The notes below the pieces were generated by a model, which saw nothing but the letters and a program-made list of their open reading frames with translations, had not been told where the DNA came from and did no database searches. Of a stretch of DNA of 64,000 nucleotides, positions 23,201-36,599 are shown in pieces. Every line of letters begins with the position of its first letter. The stretch's first letter is position 1. The DNA comes from Hydrolagus colliei (taxonomy: Eukaryota): positions 5,704,001 through 5,768,000 of the forward strand of contig CM068756.1 in assembly GCA_035084275.1 (NCBI GenBank), read 5' to 3'. A program made the position numbers and the translations under genes.

Positions 23201-24091
23201 AACCACGATCGACATTATTGTAGCACATCTTTGAGCTAAGTCATTTCAGATCAATTTTCGAGTCTCCTTCTCCATCTACAGTGACTTGAAATGGTTATTT
23301 TGTTTGTACTGTAAAAGGCTGGTATTTAAAAGTGTCGACTGCACAAGGAGGTGCATCTGCACTCTCTTTTCAAACAATGGAACTTACGTTTAGTGGTGCT
23401 CTACTGATTTGTGAATACACACACAGACACACTCAAGTTTCTGATTTCATATGAAATTTGTCTCATTACTATCAGCTATCCCACCGAGGTATGTGAAAGC
23501 ATTTTTAGTGTAGCTCAGAATCTACCTGTAGAAGACAAAGCAAGAAAACAAAATATTTTTCTTTACATTGTGAAAGAAATATCAGAATTTAAAAAAATTC
23601 TCTGACTCCATTTGCAGTGGCAGGTTGAAATGCCCACATTGAAAATGCTTTTAAATGGTTTGCTGTGGATCAAAAGTAATTAATTATTCGTATCTTCTTA
23701 TAAATCTGATGTCACATTTCAGATATCTTTCTTAACATTGGTTTCAAAGTTATCATTCACACTAATTTTAATTGTTGCCTTTTTGTTTGAAACCTTTAGT
23801 TGTAAACCAATGGTGTATTGATGAGATGATAATGGTGCAACTGGCTTGAACCAATTTACTGAGCCTGACAGTGCAAGGGAGCTGATTTAACATACATTTC
23901 CGAAGGTTAAGCAATTAATAAGGCAGATTTTAAGGACTATCTGCCTCAGGGACAAGAAGTATATTCAGGCAACTTCATTTGTTGGCATGGAGATTGTTCT
24001 GGTTCATAATGCACTGGGAGAATGAGCAGGTCACCAAAGGATCCAATAAAAACTGGAAGGAAATGTTTAGGTACCAGCCAGTAAGATGGTA

Positions 24092-24400
24092 TCAGCATGG
24101 TTAGGTTGCTAGCATTCTTTACTCTGGGTTACAAGGTTATGAGGTCTCGCCTGCCTGTTCAGGTGGACTTTAAGGATCCAATGACACCATTTGAAAAGTC
24201 ATGGTCATTTCTCCCAGTCAACAATTTTCCAGTTCAATTGATTGTTTACTTCCCAACCGTTTGGGGAACGTTGCTGTTGCACAAGTTGGACATTGTGTTT
24301 GGCTACAAGTAAGCAGTCACTATACTCCACAGAAAACTCTATGAAGTAACCTCAGACACATTGACGCAAGATGCTGCATCAAATGCAAGCAATTATTATT
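24092..24400 (+). mobile_element. Old DeuSINE with internal deletion
   Basis: Head TCAGCATGG...CTTTACTCTG and body TGAGGTC...TGCCTGTTCAGG align to the 7026-7400 copy; tail ATCAAATGCAAGCAATTATTATT. Confidence 0.75.
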
Positions 24401-25388
24401 ACCCAACCCTTTTACTGCGATGCTAAATTCCATATCTTCACCACTTGTATTCCTCAGATTTGGAAAATCGTTTTTCAGATATATTAGTTTTTTCTTGGAC
24501 AAAAGTGCAGTAAGCCTTTAATTCCTATTAATAACATTAGACACAGGTAGGTGCAATTATTTCAGCGGAGGTCAGATTTATTATACTGCACATTAATCCT
24601 CAAGATCAATCCTTGCCTAAACCAAGCTAATCATGGTTAATATTTACACAACCCCTGGGCTGCAGCATCAGGTTTCTACAACTTTTTCCTACGGTGAGAG
24701 TATTCCAGAACACCCATCGTCACCCTAGGGTTCCTATGGAAACATGCCTTGCTGAGTTGTGCAGGGAGCCTGCTGGTCAGAAGAGATCTTTCTGTACTCT
24801 CTTATTTATCATATGTGCATCTTTGTCTACTCTCAATTGCTTCTCAATAACTACAATCATTTCCCCCCCCCCCCATTATTTATACTGACCAACGGCACCT
24901 GTCACTGATGTATTGATTGAAAATTACTTTTAAAGTACATTGAGTCACCTTTCAATCGTTCCCACAGATGGCTAAACATTTAGCAATTACACCTTTCCCT
25001 CAGTACACACTCTTCCAATCAAACCACTATAGAAAGCCTAAATTTAATTAACATTCAGCAATTCATTTTAATGACTCCGTTCTCCCAGTGAGTGATTAAT
25101 GACGTTCAAAATTATTTCCTGTTATTCATTATTCTTTCAGAATTTCTGATCAGCTTCTATACTCTCCAAACAATAACTAAAATGAAGTGGCATTCTCCCA
25201 TGTATTTTTGTCACAAGGAAGTCTTTAAAAGCCGTGAGTTTTTCTGTTGGTAGTTTCTTACACTAAAGAACTGTACTGCACCCTAATAATCCATGTTTTT
25301 TAAGCACACGTGATAATTCAGAGAACATGGCGGACTTAGGAGTGAGACTTCATCAAAAGCCCAGGAGTTGAGTCAAGGTCAGTTTCTA

Positions 25389-25718
25389 CATACAGAACAT
25401 TAAGGTAAAGAAGACTCTTTCATCCATGCTTCCATGATCTCATGCTTCCTGAAAAACCCATCCTACTTTCTATTCATTCATTCATTCAACAAAAAATACT
25501 TGAATTTGTATAGATGCTCCCCTTCACACAGAGCAGCACCTCAAGAGCACTTGACAACACCAGAACTTGATACCATTCATTTAATTGTCAACCTGTTTCT
25601 TAAATGAGTCCAGGATTCCAACTTCAACCACCCATCCTGGTAACCCTCCTCAGCTGTTGATTACCCTCTGTGAAAAGAAATACTTCCTGCTGGCTGCCCT
25701 GAAATTGGCCTTTGAACC
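25389..25718 (-). mobile_element. CR1 3' end fragment, interrupted by an L2-type tail
   Basis: Minus-strand translation RKYFFSQRVINS*GGLPGWVVEVGILDSFKKQVD matches the CR1 ORF2 C-terminal pattern R..FF..RV...WN.LP..VV.....FK..LD. Confidence 0.75.
25487..25553 (-). mobile_element. Solo L2-type 3' tail (variant family)
   Basis: Reverse complement CAAGTGCTCTTGAGGTGCTGCTCTGTGTGAAGGGGAGC..CTATAC is similar to 50871-50934. Confidence 0.7.
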
Positions 25719-26142
25719 TGTGGAGAGGATTGACATGATTGCATTCTGCTGCAACTATCAGATTAGCAGCTATCTTACTCAGTTCCTCCAAAGTGTGGTG
25801 CGTGGTCGGTGTTTGCAAATCCTAAGTCAAGTGCCTCGACCATTACACAACTAAAGCCTTTAGTTTGGATTGACTGATCCAACCTGTGATCAAAATTTGA
25901 AATTCCTATTTGTGCTCAAGGTTTTTAATTAAAAATTAAATTGAAAATACTACTGATTTTTAAAAGAAATTAGAAGCAATTGTGGATATCAAAATAACAA
26001 ATGCTATTACAATTGTGACAGCATTTGATCAGAGTATAGTTATTGGCAAAACATATCCATTAACGGAATATGTACCTAGTAATAGGTACATATCTAATGT
26101 ATTACTAATCAAGGATTAGGGGTGAGGGCCTGCCATCAAATC

Positions 26143-26348
26143 TCTTCACAAGATTTTACAATACAATGTAATGGCTGTGTGTTTGTAGGTGAACACGGCA
26201 GCCAATTTGTCCACAGCTATGTCCCACAAAAAGCCATGAAGTGAATAACCAATTGTGTTTTGGGTGGGGGAATGTTGGTCAGAAATCTGGGAGAAACTCC
26301 CTTCTCGTTTGGAATGATTCTAATGGGATCTTAAATGGCCACTTGAAA
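26143..26348 (-). mobile_element. DeuSINE fragment
   Basis: GGCAGCCAATTTGTCCACAGC..GTCCCACAAA...AATGTTGGTCAG...GGGATCTT..TG.CCACTTGAA, homologous to 7026-7210. Confidence 0.8.
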
Positions 26349-27775
26349 GTCTTAATTAAGAAGCTGCTTTCCTACAGCTGTGAAAAAGAACAAGGTTCCA
26401 AACTCAGACACAATTGAACAAATATTCCACAATTCTACACAATCTTGAAATTTTAAGATAAAATGGTTTTACAAATTAAAACTGGTATTTTGGGGGCTTC
26501 TGATGACTGGATATCTTACGCGATTAAAGCATTATGTTACGTTGCCCAGCGGTGAGATTGAGTTGAATTAACATGCGTAGCTCACGCTGAAGGACACAGG
26601 GTTAATGACTATCTCTTCAGTTGTTGATTCAGCTCCCTTACACCTGTCAGGCACAGTAACTTGTCTAAGCCAGCTCACCAATGAAATAATCAGAAGTCAC
26701 TGTTTAAACAAAAAATGTTCACCCTCAAACTAGATAAAACCACAAAAAAGAAAAGGATGTTGAAGTTAATAGCAAATCTTTGCAATTGACTTAATTTGCT
26801 TAATTGGGTACTAATAATGAAACTCACTCAAAATATTTTTTTTTGAACTGTTTTATGACGTTTAAACTAATCGCTCTATTTTCAAACTCGCAGTTCTGAG
26901 CTTTTATATCTCAAGTCTGTTTTTGATTTCATACTTTTGTCTAAAAAGTCTTGGACTACCTGATCTCACATTTACATAGAAACGCATGAACAGTGAGCTA
27001 CAATCGATATTGTGCACAGCAAACGTTGTCTTAAGATTCATTTGTCATCTCCATCTATCAAAAATTCCTACCACAAGCAACCTCCCTAGCCCACCCCACC
27101 CCTGCTTTGCCTACCATCCTGTCTCCCCCGATCAGTGGCACTGTTATGCTGTAAATACTGCCCATGCTTTGACATCACTCTCTGGTCTTGTGTGAAGCAA
27201 AGCTGAACCAGAGATATCCTGTAAATATTCCATCTATTTGCTACCAGGTAAATGAATGTAAATGCATCAAACCTTTTGAAAATCACAAGCCCAGCATGTG
27301 TACTGTCAAGATGTCACAATGAGTAAAGTTATTATAAAGGTGGTGAGATTGGGTAGTCAGCTAACAGCAAGTCCTAATGACCAGTCTACCTTACCTCGGG
27401 ATATTTAAATGGAGGGAAGTGCCTGTTTCATCTCCTGTTCCTATCTAAGATCATTCTCTGTATTTTATCTGTCACAGGAGATCACTGTTTCATGCAGAAC
27501 ATAAGCAAGTGCAGAGAGAGTGCATGTTACCATAATGCGTGGTCCCAGAAGTAAAGAGGTAATACTTCTACCCAGTCTCCCAAACTCCTTTTCAGTATGC
27601 ATTATTGGCTTAATGATGACTGTTTAGAGTAGAACATAGCCACGATGCCTTTCATTTATGGTGAGCAGATTTACTTTGAATAGTCAATATCTGTATGATG
27701 AGCCACAGGTGCTGAACTGAACTCTGCACTCTGAAGTCACCAGTAAACAGGGCCACAAAAGTTTTTTTTTGTGTA

Positions 27776-27807
27776 TTTAGCACATATCCCTTTTAGCACA
27801 TATCCCT
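27776..27807. repeat. 16-bp perfect tandem duplication
   Basis: TTTAGCACATATCCCT x2. Confidence 0.9.
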
Positions 27808-28309
27808 TTTCCATCATCAAATCTGATCATACAAACCCCAGTCTGTCATTTCCATATTGTTGTACATATTAACAAGGGTTATTCCTATAATTAATGTTTT
27901 TACTACACAGGTGGATAGTTCTCATTCCCAACATTGATAGGTTAAAGTTGCAGTGAATTTGTGAAATAGCCAAAGCATTGTTACTTTGGACAATTTCTAA
28001 AGCAACTGAAGAAACTTTTTGACGTCAATCTTTTTAAGGTGAAAGCTTACAAGATAGAGCATCTTTAGTATCAAAGGGTTGTGTTAGGCTTCTGAAAGGT
28101 AAAATAAGATCTAAAAAAAAATCAGAATATTCTTTGATCAGAATTGTTTTCAATGGGGATAATGCGGGACTCTTTTAAAAGCTCATATTAAATAATTTAT
28201 CAAGTTTTTCTTTGTAGAAGTGCATGTGCCAAAGGCTATTTCAATGCTTTTCATCTCGTCAGTTTTCTCCTTCCCCTCTTCTTCCGAAGGTATCAGAGTT
28301 TCTGCCACT

Positions 28310-28650
28310 TTTACTGGGGTACAGTTTTACTGATACTAGTCATCCTCTGGTCACTGTTACTACGGGATCCTTGACAGTGAATGGCAGCCGACTGTTCAAC
28401 TATCCATGGGTGGGGCGAGTGGGGGTACCTAATCACGGTCCAATTCTCATCTGACATCTTACATGTGGTCACCTCCAGCACGAGTCGCTGCATATCCACC
28501 ATGAACGGGGATAGTGGTTAATGTTCCCGTGGGATGTTGAGATCAATTATTTTCCACCCTGGCTGAGATTAGCAAACCGTATAAATTTCCAAATAAATCC
28601 TGGGACCTCCCCTGCTCAACATAGCCCAGATGCTCACTGGACACAAGTGT
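28310..28650 (-). mobile_element. Ancient tRNA-SINE family copy (degraded)
   Basis: Shares blocks with 23010-23200 (TCCAG.A.G.G...C.CTG.ATA; GCTG.GAT.AGC.AAC; CC.GG.A..TCC) and with 17210-17400. Confidence 0.55.
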
Positions 28651-31600
28651 AGAGCCGTATTAGTTCAGTGTTGAGGTGCCTGTCAGATCTATGCATGTGT
28701 TGTTTAGAGTAAAAGGTCTAACTTGGCATTCATTTGAATTAATGTGCCCTGCAGCAAAGGAAATGTGATGCAAAAATAATCGTTGTCATTGCATTAAAAC
28801 AATATGGACAATTATAAAGGATGACCTATTGTGGACTCTTTACTAAGAAACTTTTGAAGAGAAATGTGTTTGCATGCAAAGAATAATTTCATTTATTTTG
28901 CCATGTGAGCACCTGACTTAATCATCAAACAACAACACAATTTTCCTGAAGAATAGCACATGTAGAGATAAGTGACTACAGGTTTGTGGTTGGGGGGGAA
29001 CAAATTGTTTTCATGCAATTGTTGTAAATGCAGTCTCAATATCTGGTATCCACGAAACATATCAGGAAATGTAGAATTTATTCCTCAACTTTGCCTGAAG
29101 GTAAAAGTAGAACAGAACAGATTTTTTTTTTTTCCCTGGCCCTATGAGTCCTGACCGTAGAGAATGAATGACTTTAGCACGATACCCAGACAGAAAAATC
29201 AATGCTTCATATCAGGAGGCTTTAGGGGTTAGGCTCCCATGTTCATGTCAACAAGGCTATTGGTTTTCTTAATACTCTAAAGTTGTCGTTTCCCTGCTGT
29301 GGGAAACACCGTAGTGACTTGTGTGGTCAAAGCTTCACATTGAACACGGTCTTGGACCAACTATAGGGAAAGTTTTAAGTATGATGTAGAGTTTTGCACC
29401 AGGTGAAACCACTTACACAAGCACACACAGAGGAATGCTTTCAAAATGCTTGGGAAAAGGAACTGTCTCAGTGCGATGGAAGGCTGTGTTGATACAAATT
29501 AATCTAACATGAGATTTTATATTTGTCTGCTGTTGGATTGCTGTATTTTAATTTGGCCTTTAGAAGAAACATCATCCACTGGGCCGTATTCAAAGCTAGT
29601 CACAGTGTGTGGAAGAAAGATATTTAGAACTCAATGTCACAATGTTGTGCAATTATAACAACTATCTCTGGGATAGAATGAGGATTTACGCACATGGGAA
29701 AGGGATGCAAATGAAAACTGCTGGGGGAGAAAGGATAACAAAGCTAACAGCGATATTATTCTCCAAAGCAATATGGTTGAGACGTACACGCGTCAGTAAT
29801 TTAGGTCTTTTACCACCCAACTCCCAGTGAGGAACTTTTTTTTCTGCTCCTTCCAGTGTGGTATTTAGTGACATGGCTTTAACGGGTGTAAATGCTGGGG
29901 GCTGCAGTGAGCATTGTTCACCCAGAACAACCGGATGAAAAGGCAGTGCAGATGTAATTTGTTTTCAATGGCTGTTTCAAAAGAATAATTGTGGTGACAT
30001 TGCCAGATCAATATTATGGATTTTTGTTTTCGAGTACACTGTATGTGTGGTGCTAAGGGGAGGCAGGAAATATAACACTGCTGCTTGAATGCAATAAAAT
30101 GGATTGAGGTCTGCGGGTATTTGTCGTCTGGTAGCCATCATGGGCTGGTGCATCATTGGTGGGATTACAGAGGGTGTCCTCTGGGTTTGTATTTTTATCT
30201 GGTACTTAGAAGTGGAGATATTTTTGTACATCTCCCTCCTTCTCCCACCCCGCTTTCTCTTTTGTATTCCACCCTAGTTGGGGAATGATGACTATTTAGA
30301 CCAAGGTAACATAAAATACATGCTGAAATCTTGTAAAAGCCCGAAGGCTCTTGGGCCAGCCACATAAACATACAGAAGTTTCTAATCACCGACATGGGGA
30401 ATAGGAAATAAAAAGGAAAGTGACTAAATCGCTGCCTAGATGCAGCTGTCACGGCCTTAGCTTGTTTCTTTGCTTGTTACAGCTGCTTGGCCGGTATACT
30501 TTCACCAGAATGTTAACAGGGAATCCTCATTTCTGCCTATGAATAGGCTCCACTCAGCTAGTTTAACAAAGAGTCATGCCGCATGCATTTAAAAAGCTTC
30601 AGCCAGCTTCAGGAATAAAATACAAATCCAGAACCACCTTTATGTGTGTTGCAATAGGTTTCATGAAGAATTTCTACTTGACACAGCCTGACACATTAAT
30701 ATCAGCTAGGCATTTAGCTTTATCTGCCAGGAGGGAAAGGGAAGTATATTGATCATTCTCATAACAATAAAGACAGATATCGTTAATGATTTCACATGTT
30801 CACATACACATTCGGTGGAAAATAATGCAGTGGAAAACAAAGGTAATAGAGGTCCATAATATTGAAATATAAAAAGTCATGTAAAAAGAAATGTGGATTT
30901 GTATGATTCAATTTAATAGGACTGTATAGACGTGAATGAGACATTTTCCCAAGGGTAGTTAGCAGTGTTGGTGGCACCATGAGGGGGTCATTTTTCAGGC
31001 CTGCTATTTCCTATGGGCCGGTGTCCTAAGGCTTTCCTATAAATGGCCTCTTTATGCAGTAAGATAATGGGCAGTTTGTGCATTGCTAAATCAGCCTATT
31101 TTGTTCGAAGCATTGCAGTCAGGGCACTAATAATTTGTCAGTGCAAAATACAGTGCATCTCAACAGGAGTCTGTTTAAGGGGACATCATTTCTCGATAAG
31201 CTCTTGCTTAGGTCAACATGCAGCAGTGCTCTTACACTATTCCCCTGTTGCTTCTGCCACTTGGGAACACTCTGATTTATTGGGAAAGCACTAGTCGTGT
31301 CCTCTGCCTGACTGAATTTACAATGTGAACATTTTTTTTTAGAAAAGAAATGAAACAGGTCACATTAAGAATCCTTGCAAAATACTCTCTGAAACGGGCT
31401 GAAAAAAAATGTATTTAACCGATGGCCGTTTTCCAAGAAAATTGAATATGCGGGAGGGAGAATGCTTTGATTTTCACCTAACCCTTTCAATTGCCTAGCT
31501 GTATTTACTAGGTCATTTGTTAGTGAAGGGAGTAAATTACTCTTTCCTCTACCTTTACTGACAGGTGGAAAGCAGTCGTTGTGTGACCGATACAAGATCC

Positions 31601-33149
31601 TCTGGTTGAACGTTGCTATTCATCTGGTCGGCACACAGGTAAAGATGAACACTTTAAAATGATGACTTGGGTAGAAAAACAAGATGTCTTATCTGGTTAT
31701 AAATTTAACTCTTGTATGATCAGTCTGGGCCAATTAGGACACCCCTGGGGTACAACCTACCGTGCCTGTATGAGCTGAAAGCCTGATTAGTCCAGGTCTC
31801 CTGATACTTGTTCTCAGTTGTAAATGCTGGCACATATTGTATTGATTTTCATTTAGATATCTTAATGTTCAGAGACAATTCAAGCAGATGTGGGCTGGAC
31901 TCAGAGCTATGAGTATGCCATGCTGCTGTCTGGGAGCATTTTTCTTGTGGTTTTGTTTCATTTTTCCAAACTTAACTGATTTTAAATCACAAGAATATAA
32001 ATGATATGTATAGAGTTTGCCAATCAGTCACTGAATGTATAAACATTGCCACTGCCCTTTCCTAACATCCTATTACCACTGGGTAGTTGGGTAGTCAAAC
32101 AAGAATAAAAATTACATTGCAAACATCATATGTTAGGTGTGATTTGTGGAGCTGGGTGGATGACAGTTTGTTAAGAGTTATATACCTCGGTATTGCTGGA
32201 AATCAGCCTTGTTATAGCTTTTGTGCGTCCATAAAGATTGTTCATTTCATATAAAACAGCTACCTGAACAGAAAGACTGAAAGGAAGACTGATGCTGGTT
32301 ATAAATAAAGAAGGAAATCTATTTGTCTGCCTTTCGTGCTGCTTAGTAGTTAGACAATACAACCCAAATGGTGTTCTTATGCAGTGGAGGGGATTTTGTT
32401 GGGGACCTCCTCTGTTATCCTATGGCTGGGATTGAAGCATGTCATCTCTCTTTGTCATTGTAGATAAACCAATGAAGTGTAACTAGAGCCACAGTATTGC
32501 TCACTAGCTCCTAGCAGCACAGTAATGAAAAACTGCTCCGTTTCCGCTATAAAACTGTGTGTGAGTGGTAAAGAGTCCTGTCTGTAGCCAGGCTAGGAGC
32601 TGATGCCACAAAAGATAAACAGAAATAACTACTTAGAAGAAAGGAAATGTAATAAATGGAGGTACACACAAAGGGAAGAGAGGAAACAATGGTTTACAGG
32701 GGAACAAAACCTCAACAAAGAACCAACATTGAACAGTGTCAGTAATTGACAAGCTCAGCAGGCAGGAATGAGTTATGATGCCCAATGTTAGGGGTGCTTT
32801 ATTTTCTATAGGTCTGTGATTCCAGTCTCGTATATTCTTTGCAAAATAGTTTTTGAAATGTTGCACTTCAAAAATTCCTTTTTTAAAGGAACTAAACTAC
32901 AAGGAACAATTTCCTTGTTTGACGGCGGGTGAATCGGCTGCAGAATTTTGTACTGAATCGGCAAACCCATTGGCTATTTGGTTAATTAACTCTTTGACGT
33001 CCAATTCACATTGCTGTAGAATGTGGGTTGACGTGTTGAGGCGGTTCAGGAGGCCAAACCAAGCGGTTCTAGTTGAAGGATGGCCTGAAACTGGTTGGAG
33101 TGAGTTTCTTAGGTGACCAGATGGAGCAGGCCTGTTACACAGTGAATTG

Positions 33150-33347
33150 TTAGGGTGTCGAGTGCAGTGGTTTGGGATAAAATCTATTTGTGCTTTGAAG
33201 AGGGAACTCGACAGATGCGTATCTAAAAATAAAAAAAAATTTTAGAGAAAAGACGGGTAAACAGAGCTGAATGGATTGCGCTTTAAAAGCACCGCTCAGA
33301 CACGGTGGACCAAATGGTCTTCTCCTGCGCCGTAAATTTCTATGGTT
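33150..33347 (+). mobile_element. CR1 3' end
   Basis: TTGAAGAGGGAACTCGAC (LKRELD, FK.ELD-like) then GGACCAAATGGTCTTCTCCTGCGCCGTAAATTTCTATG, matching the CR1 3' UTR/tail at 60957-61092. Confidence 0.7.
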
Positions 33348-33700
33348 GCATGGCAACATAGCCCATCTCAAGAAAAGAAAATTGGTAGCCCTGGCTCACC
33401 ACACAGTATTGCACACCTCCTGCTGGGCGATAACAGAGCAGTGTGAGTACTAATGCTTCTACAACCAGGACAATTGCACTGTCCTGCACAAAAAAAGGGG
33501 AGAGGCAATTCCAGCAGGGAAACACAGATAGTCAAAAATAAATAACATACAACCATAGATTTTAAATTTCTGGAGTTTGATTAATTTACTAGAAAAATAT
33601 GCAAAACAGAATACCGTCTGTATGTATGAGGAAGAAAACATCAAGAACAAAGTAAGTTACAGAAGAAGGAATGCAGTGATATGTTTGGGGGGTGGTTCCA

Positions 33701-33850
33701 CCCCGAACTCTTTTACCTCCCCTTCGTGTTTCACCCCTTCCCAAACACTCCCCTCCCAGCTCGGGTCACACGCCTCTTGTTCAGCGCCTTGGGACGTCCT
33801 CCCGACATGAAAGGCGCTCTATAAATGTAAATTGTTGTTGTTGTTATTGT
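33701..33850 (+). mobile_element. L2 3' UTR and tail
   Basis: C-rich UTR then TGTTCAGCGCCTTGGGACGTCCTCCCGACATGAAAGGCGCTCTATAAATGTAAA(TTG)n; similar to 36780-36937. Confidence 0.9.
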
Positions 33851-36432
33851 GGTTAAGTTCAGTGCTCCTGGGTTTCGATGTACTTTGCTTGCACTGTAAT
33901 GGTGCATTAAAGGAAATCAGTGTTTCAATACACCAACCATCTCTGATCATTAGGCAGGCAGCTAACAAATTCACAATCTAAAAGCACATTAGTCTTAAAA
34001 TTGTTGCACAACATAGAGACAGCCTTGACAAAGAAACATTATTCTTTAGATTTGGAATTAATTACCCTTACGCCTGCAACTTGCATTCTATTTGCATATC
34101 TTAAAAGTGAAGATTCCTGATCTATTTAAGAATATAAAACTATCTTCTTATTCTAACTTTACCAGTTCTTTTGGTGTTACAGTTGCAAAGCTGCAGTAAA
34201 TCTGGTTTCATTCTGCTCTCCTCTTATAATTTTTCTTTTTGTATGTTTTTCATTATTCCGTTCCTTGTTCCCAGTGCCCTCTTATTTATAATCCCCTGTA
34301 GTACCTACAGATAGAGAAGTCTGCTCATAAGACAGAGCGAGTGGTCAGATCCTCAGATGCTATCTTTTTTCCCAGAACGCCTTGGTACTGGGTATCTGAC
34401 ATGTTCTATACATCTTTCCGTTGTCACCCTCATTAAACAAATATAACTTGACTTATAGCTTTCAAGAAATGAAATTTCTTCGCAATGCATCTGTCCTGTC
34501 CTATCTTATGCACTAAGTTCACACACTTCTGATCATTTGTTATGTTTCTCATGGAAATAACTCACAGGTTTTATGGGCTACACACTTGTACACACAGATA
34601 AGGGTCATTCTTCATTAATGTCCCACCTGAGGGTCACATATTGTATCCATGTTCCATCCACAATAAGCTCTGACCCATCTAACAATTCCCTTTTCTCTTT
34701 TCATTGTACTGACTGCTATGAATAATAAAATAATTGTTTGCTTTTCTACAATTTGAACTGGAACTTATAAAATTCGGGGGAGGGAATTGTTAAAAAAAAT
34801 TAAGGTGTTGTCAGGACAACCAGTGCGATCTACAGATGGGGGAATGTGGTCGAGATTGCTGTGGGATGCTGTGAGCAGAGATTCCATTGCCCTGTCAGCA
34901 GAGTGCTTCAGTATCAGTGACCATGCTCACACAATTTCATGTAGACTTGCCAAACTGTGAAATCACCTTTTTTTTTGTCTTTGAAGCATATTATAAGTTG
35001 CTTCAGCTCTGCAGCAGCAATACACACGCAAATGCCTCTTCCTGTTTGGCCCACATCAGTGGCATGGTTAAAACATATGACCTTATTTAAGTGTGGATTA
35101 ATAACATTTTGTCATGTTTTGGGAGAAAATATTGTTTGAAATGAATTGCACCGGAGATAATTATTTGAAAGGGATAACAGAATACAATAACTCGTATATA
35201 ACGTACTGAGGGCAGGTAGAGTTAACAGAGCAACTTTAATCAGAATAATTGGTTATGCATCATAAGCTTTGCATGCAGCAGATATATTGTACATAAAAGC
35301 CGTGGAGAGACTGTTTTCAGACCACAAAGAATATATAGTAAGCAATAGAAAAATTGACAAGACAATATAATACTTTGGGCTATGTCAACTGATTTTTGTA
35401 ATTGAATATTCTATTGAAACAATTAATCAAATATTTGACTGTGTTAAAGCTTCATAAAAATCACAACACTTCTCGGTTGGGTTAGGTGTGGATGTCGCAT
35501 TGTGCACATTGGAATGTTTTGTGTTTCATCAAGCAAAAACCCTAGCCTATTGTGGATTTCATTGTGGGGTTTGCCCAGATAATAAAATGAAAAATTGAAA
35601 AAATATATTTCAGCACGTGTTCTGTAACTGAAACAATGTAGGGATCTTTCTGCAGCAGGATCGGAATTGACTGCATCAGATTCTTGTCGAAAATGCTGCA
35701 CCGTACCTGTGCAGTCTGGCTTAATGATAACATGACTGTTTTATTTTCTGTCCATCAAAAGTTTAATTGTCGAAGCCTTAGTAATATTAAAATTACTATT
35801 AAGATTTTATTAACATTAATATTGTATGAAGGAATGTTTACACTTTAGGCAGTCAGCTTATAATTTGAAAAGCTTTTTTTAGAAAAGCAATGTCCCTAAT
35901 CAGTACCTCAATTTCTCACTATCTTTTCCCTAGACTGATATAAAAGTGTCTTTGCAGTTGTATCACTTTGTTTGCTGCTTGCCTGTTGTGTGCTAGTGAA
36001 TACCGTTTTTAATAAAGATCTTAATTAAAAAATAGAAAACGAATGTGCAGTTTTATATAAGCTAATGCATCAGAATTTTATGGTGCTGAATTATTATTTT
36101 TTGCACTGCTTTCTGCCAAAAGATGTTTCTTCAGATAACGATTAAAGAGAAAATTTTGATGCTAGCACAAAACACACAATAAAAAGGATGGAGAAGAATA
36201 ACAGCTGGTTGAAACAAGTTAGGCTTGGAAACCATTTTAATATCAAATGTATAATTTTAATTTCCGAATGACACATTCTATTTAGTTGAGCTGTCGCAGC
36301 CAACGAAATCTCGGAAATAAATTAATATTTATTTTATCTCAAATATTTAACTGGGTCTTGCTGAAAGAAAAGTATAGCCCAAATCCCCAGATTGACAGAG
36401 GATCATTTGCTGAACACAGGAATGTTTAGCTC

Positions 36433-36497
36433 CAGCGCCTTGGGACATCCTCCCGACATGAAAGCCGCTATACGAATGTAATTTTGTTGTTGTCGTT
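36433..36497 (+). mobile_element. Solo L2 3' tail
   Basis: CAGCGCCTTGGGACATCCTCCCGACATGAAAGCCGCTATACGAATGTAA(TTG)n. Confidence 0.88.
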
Positions 36498-36599
36498 TTT
36501 CACAACAGGCTCACGTTGACATTGTTGTACTAATACAGTACAATTACAGTAATAATTACTCAGACAGCATGTCTCTGGGACTTTTTGCTCAATACGTAC

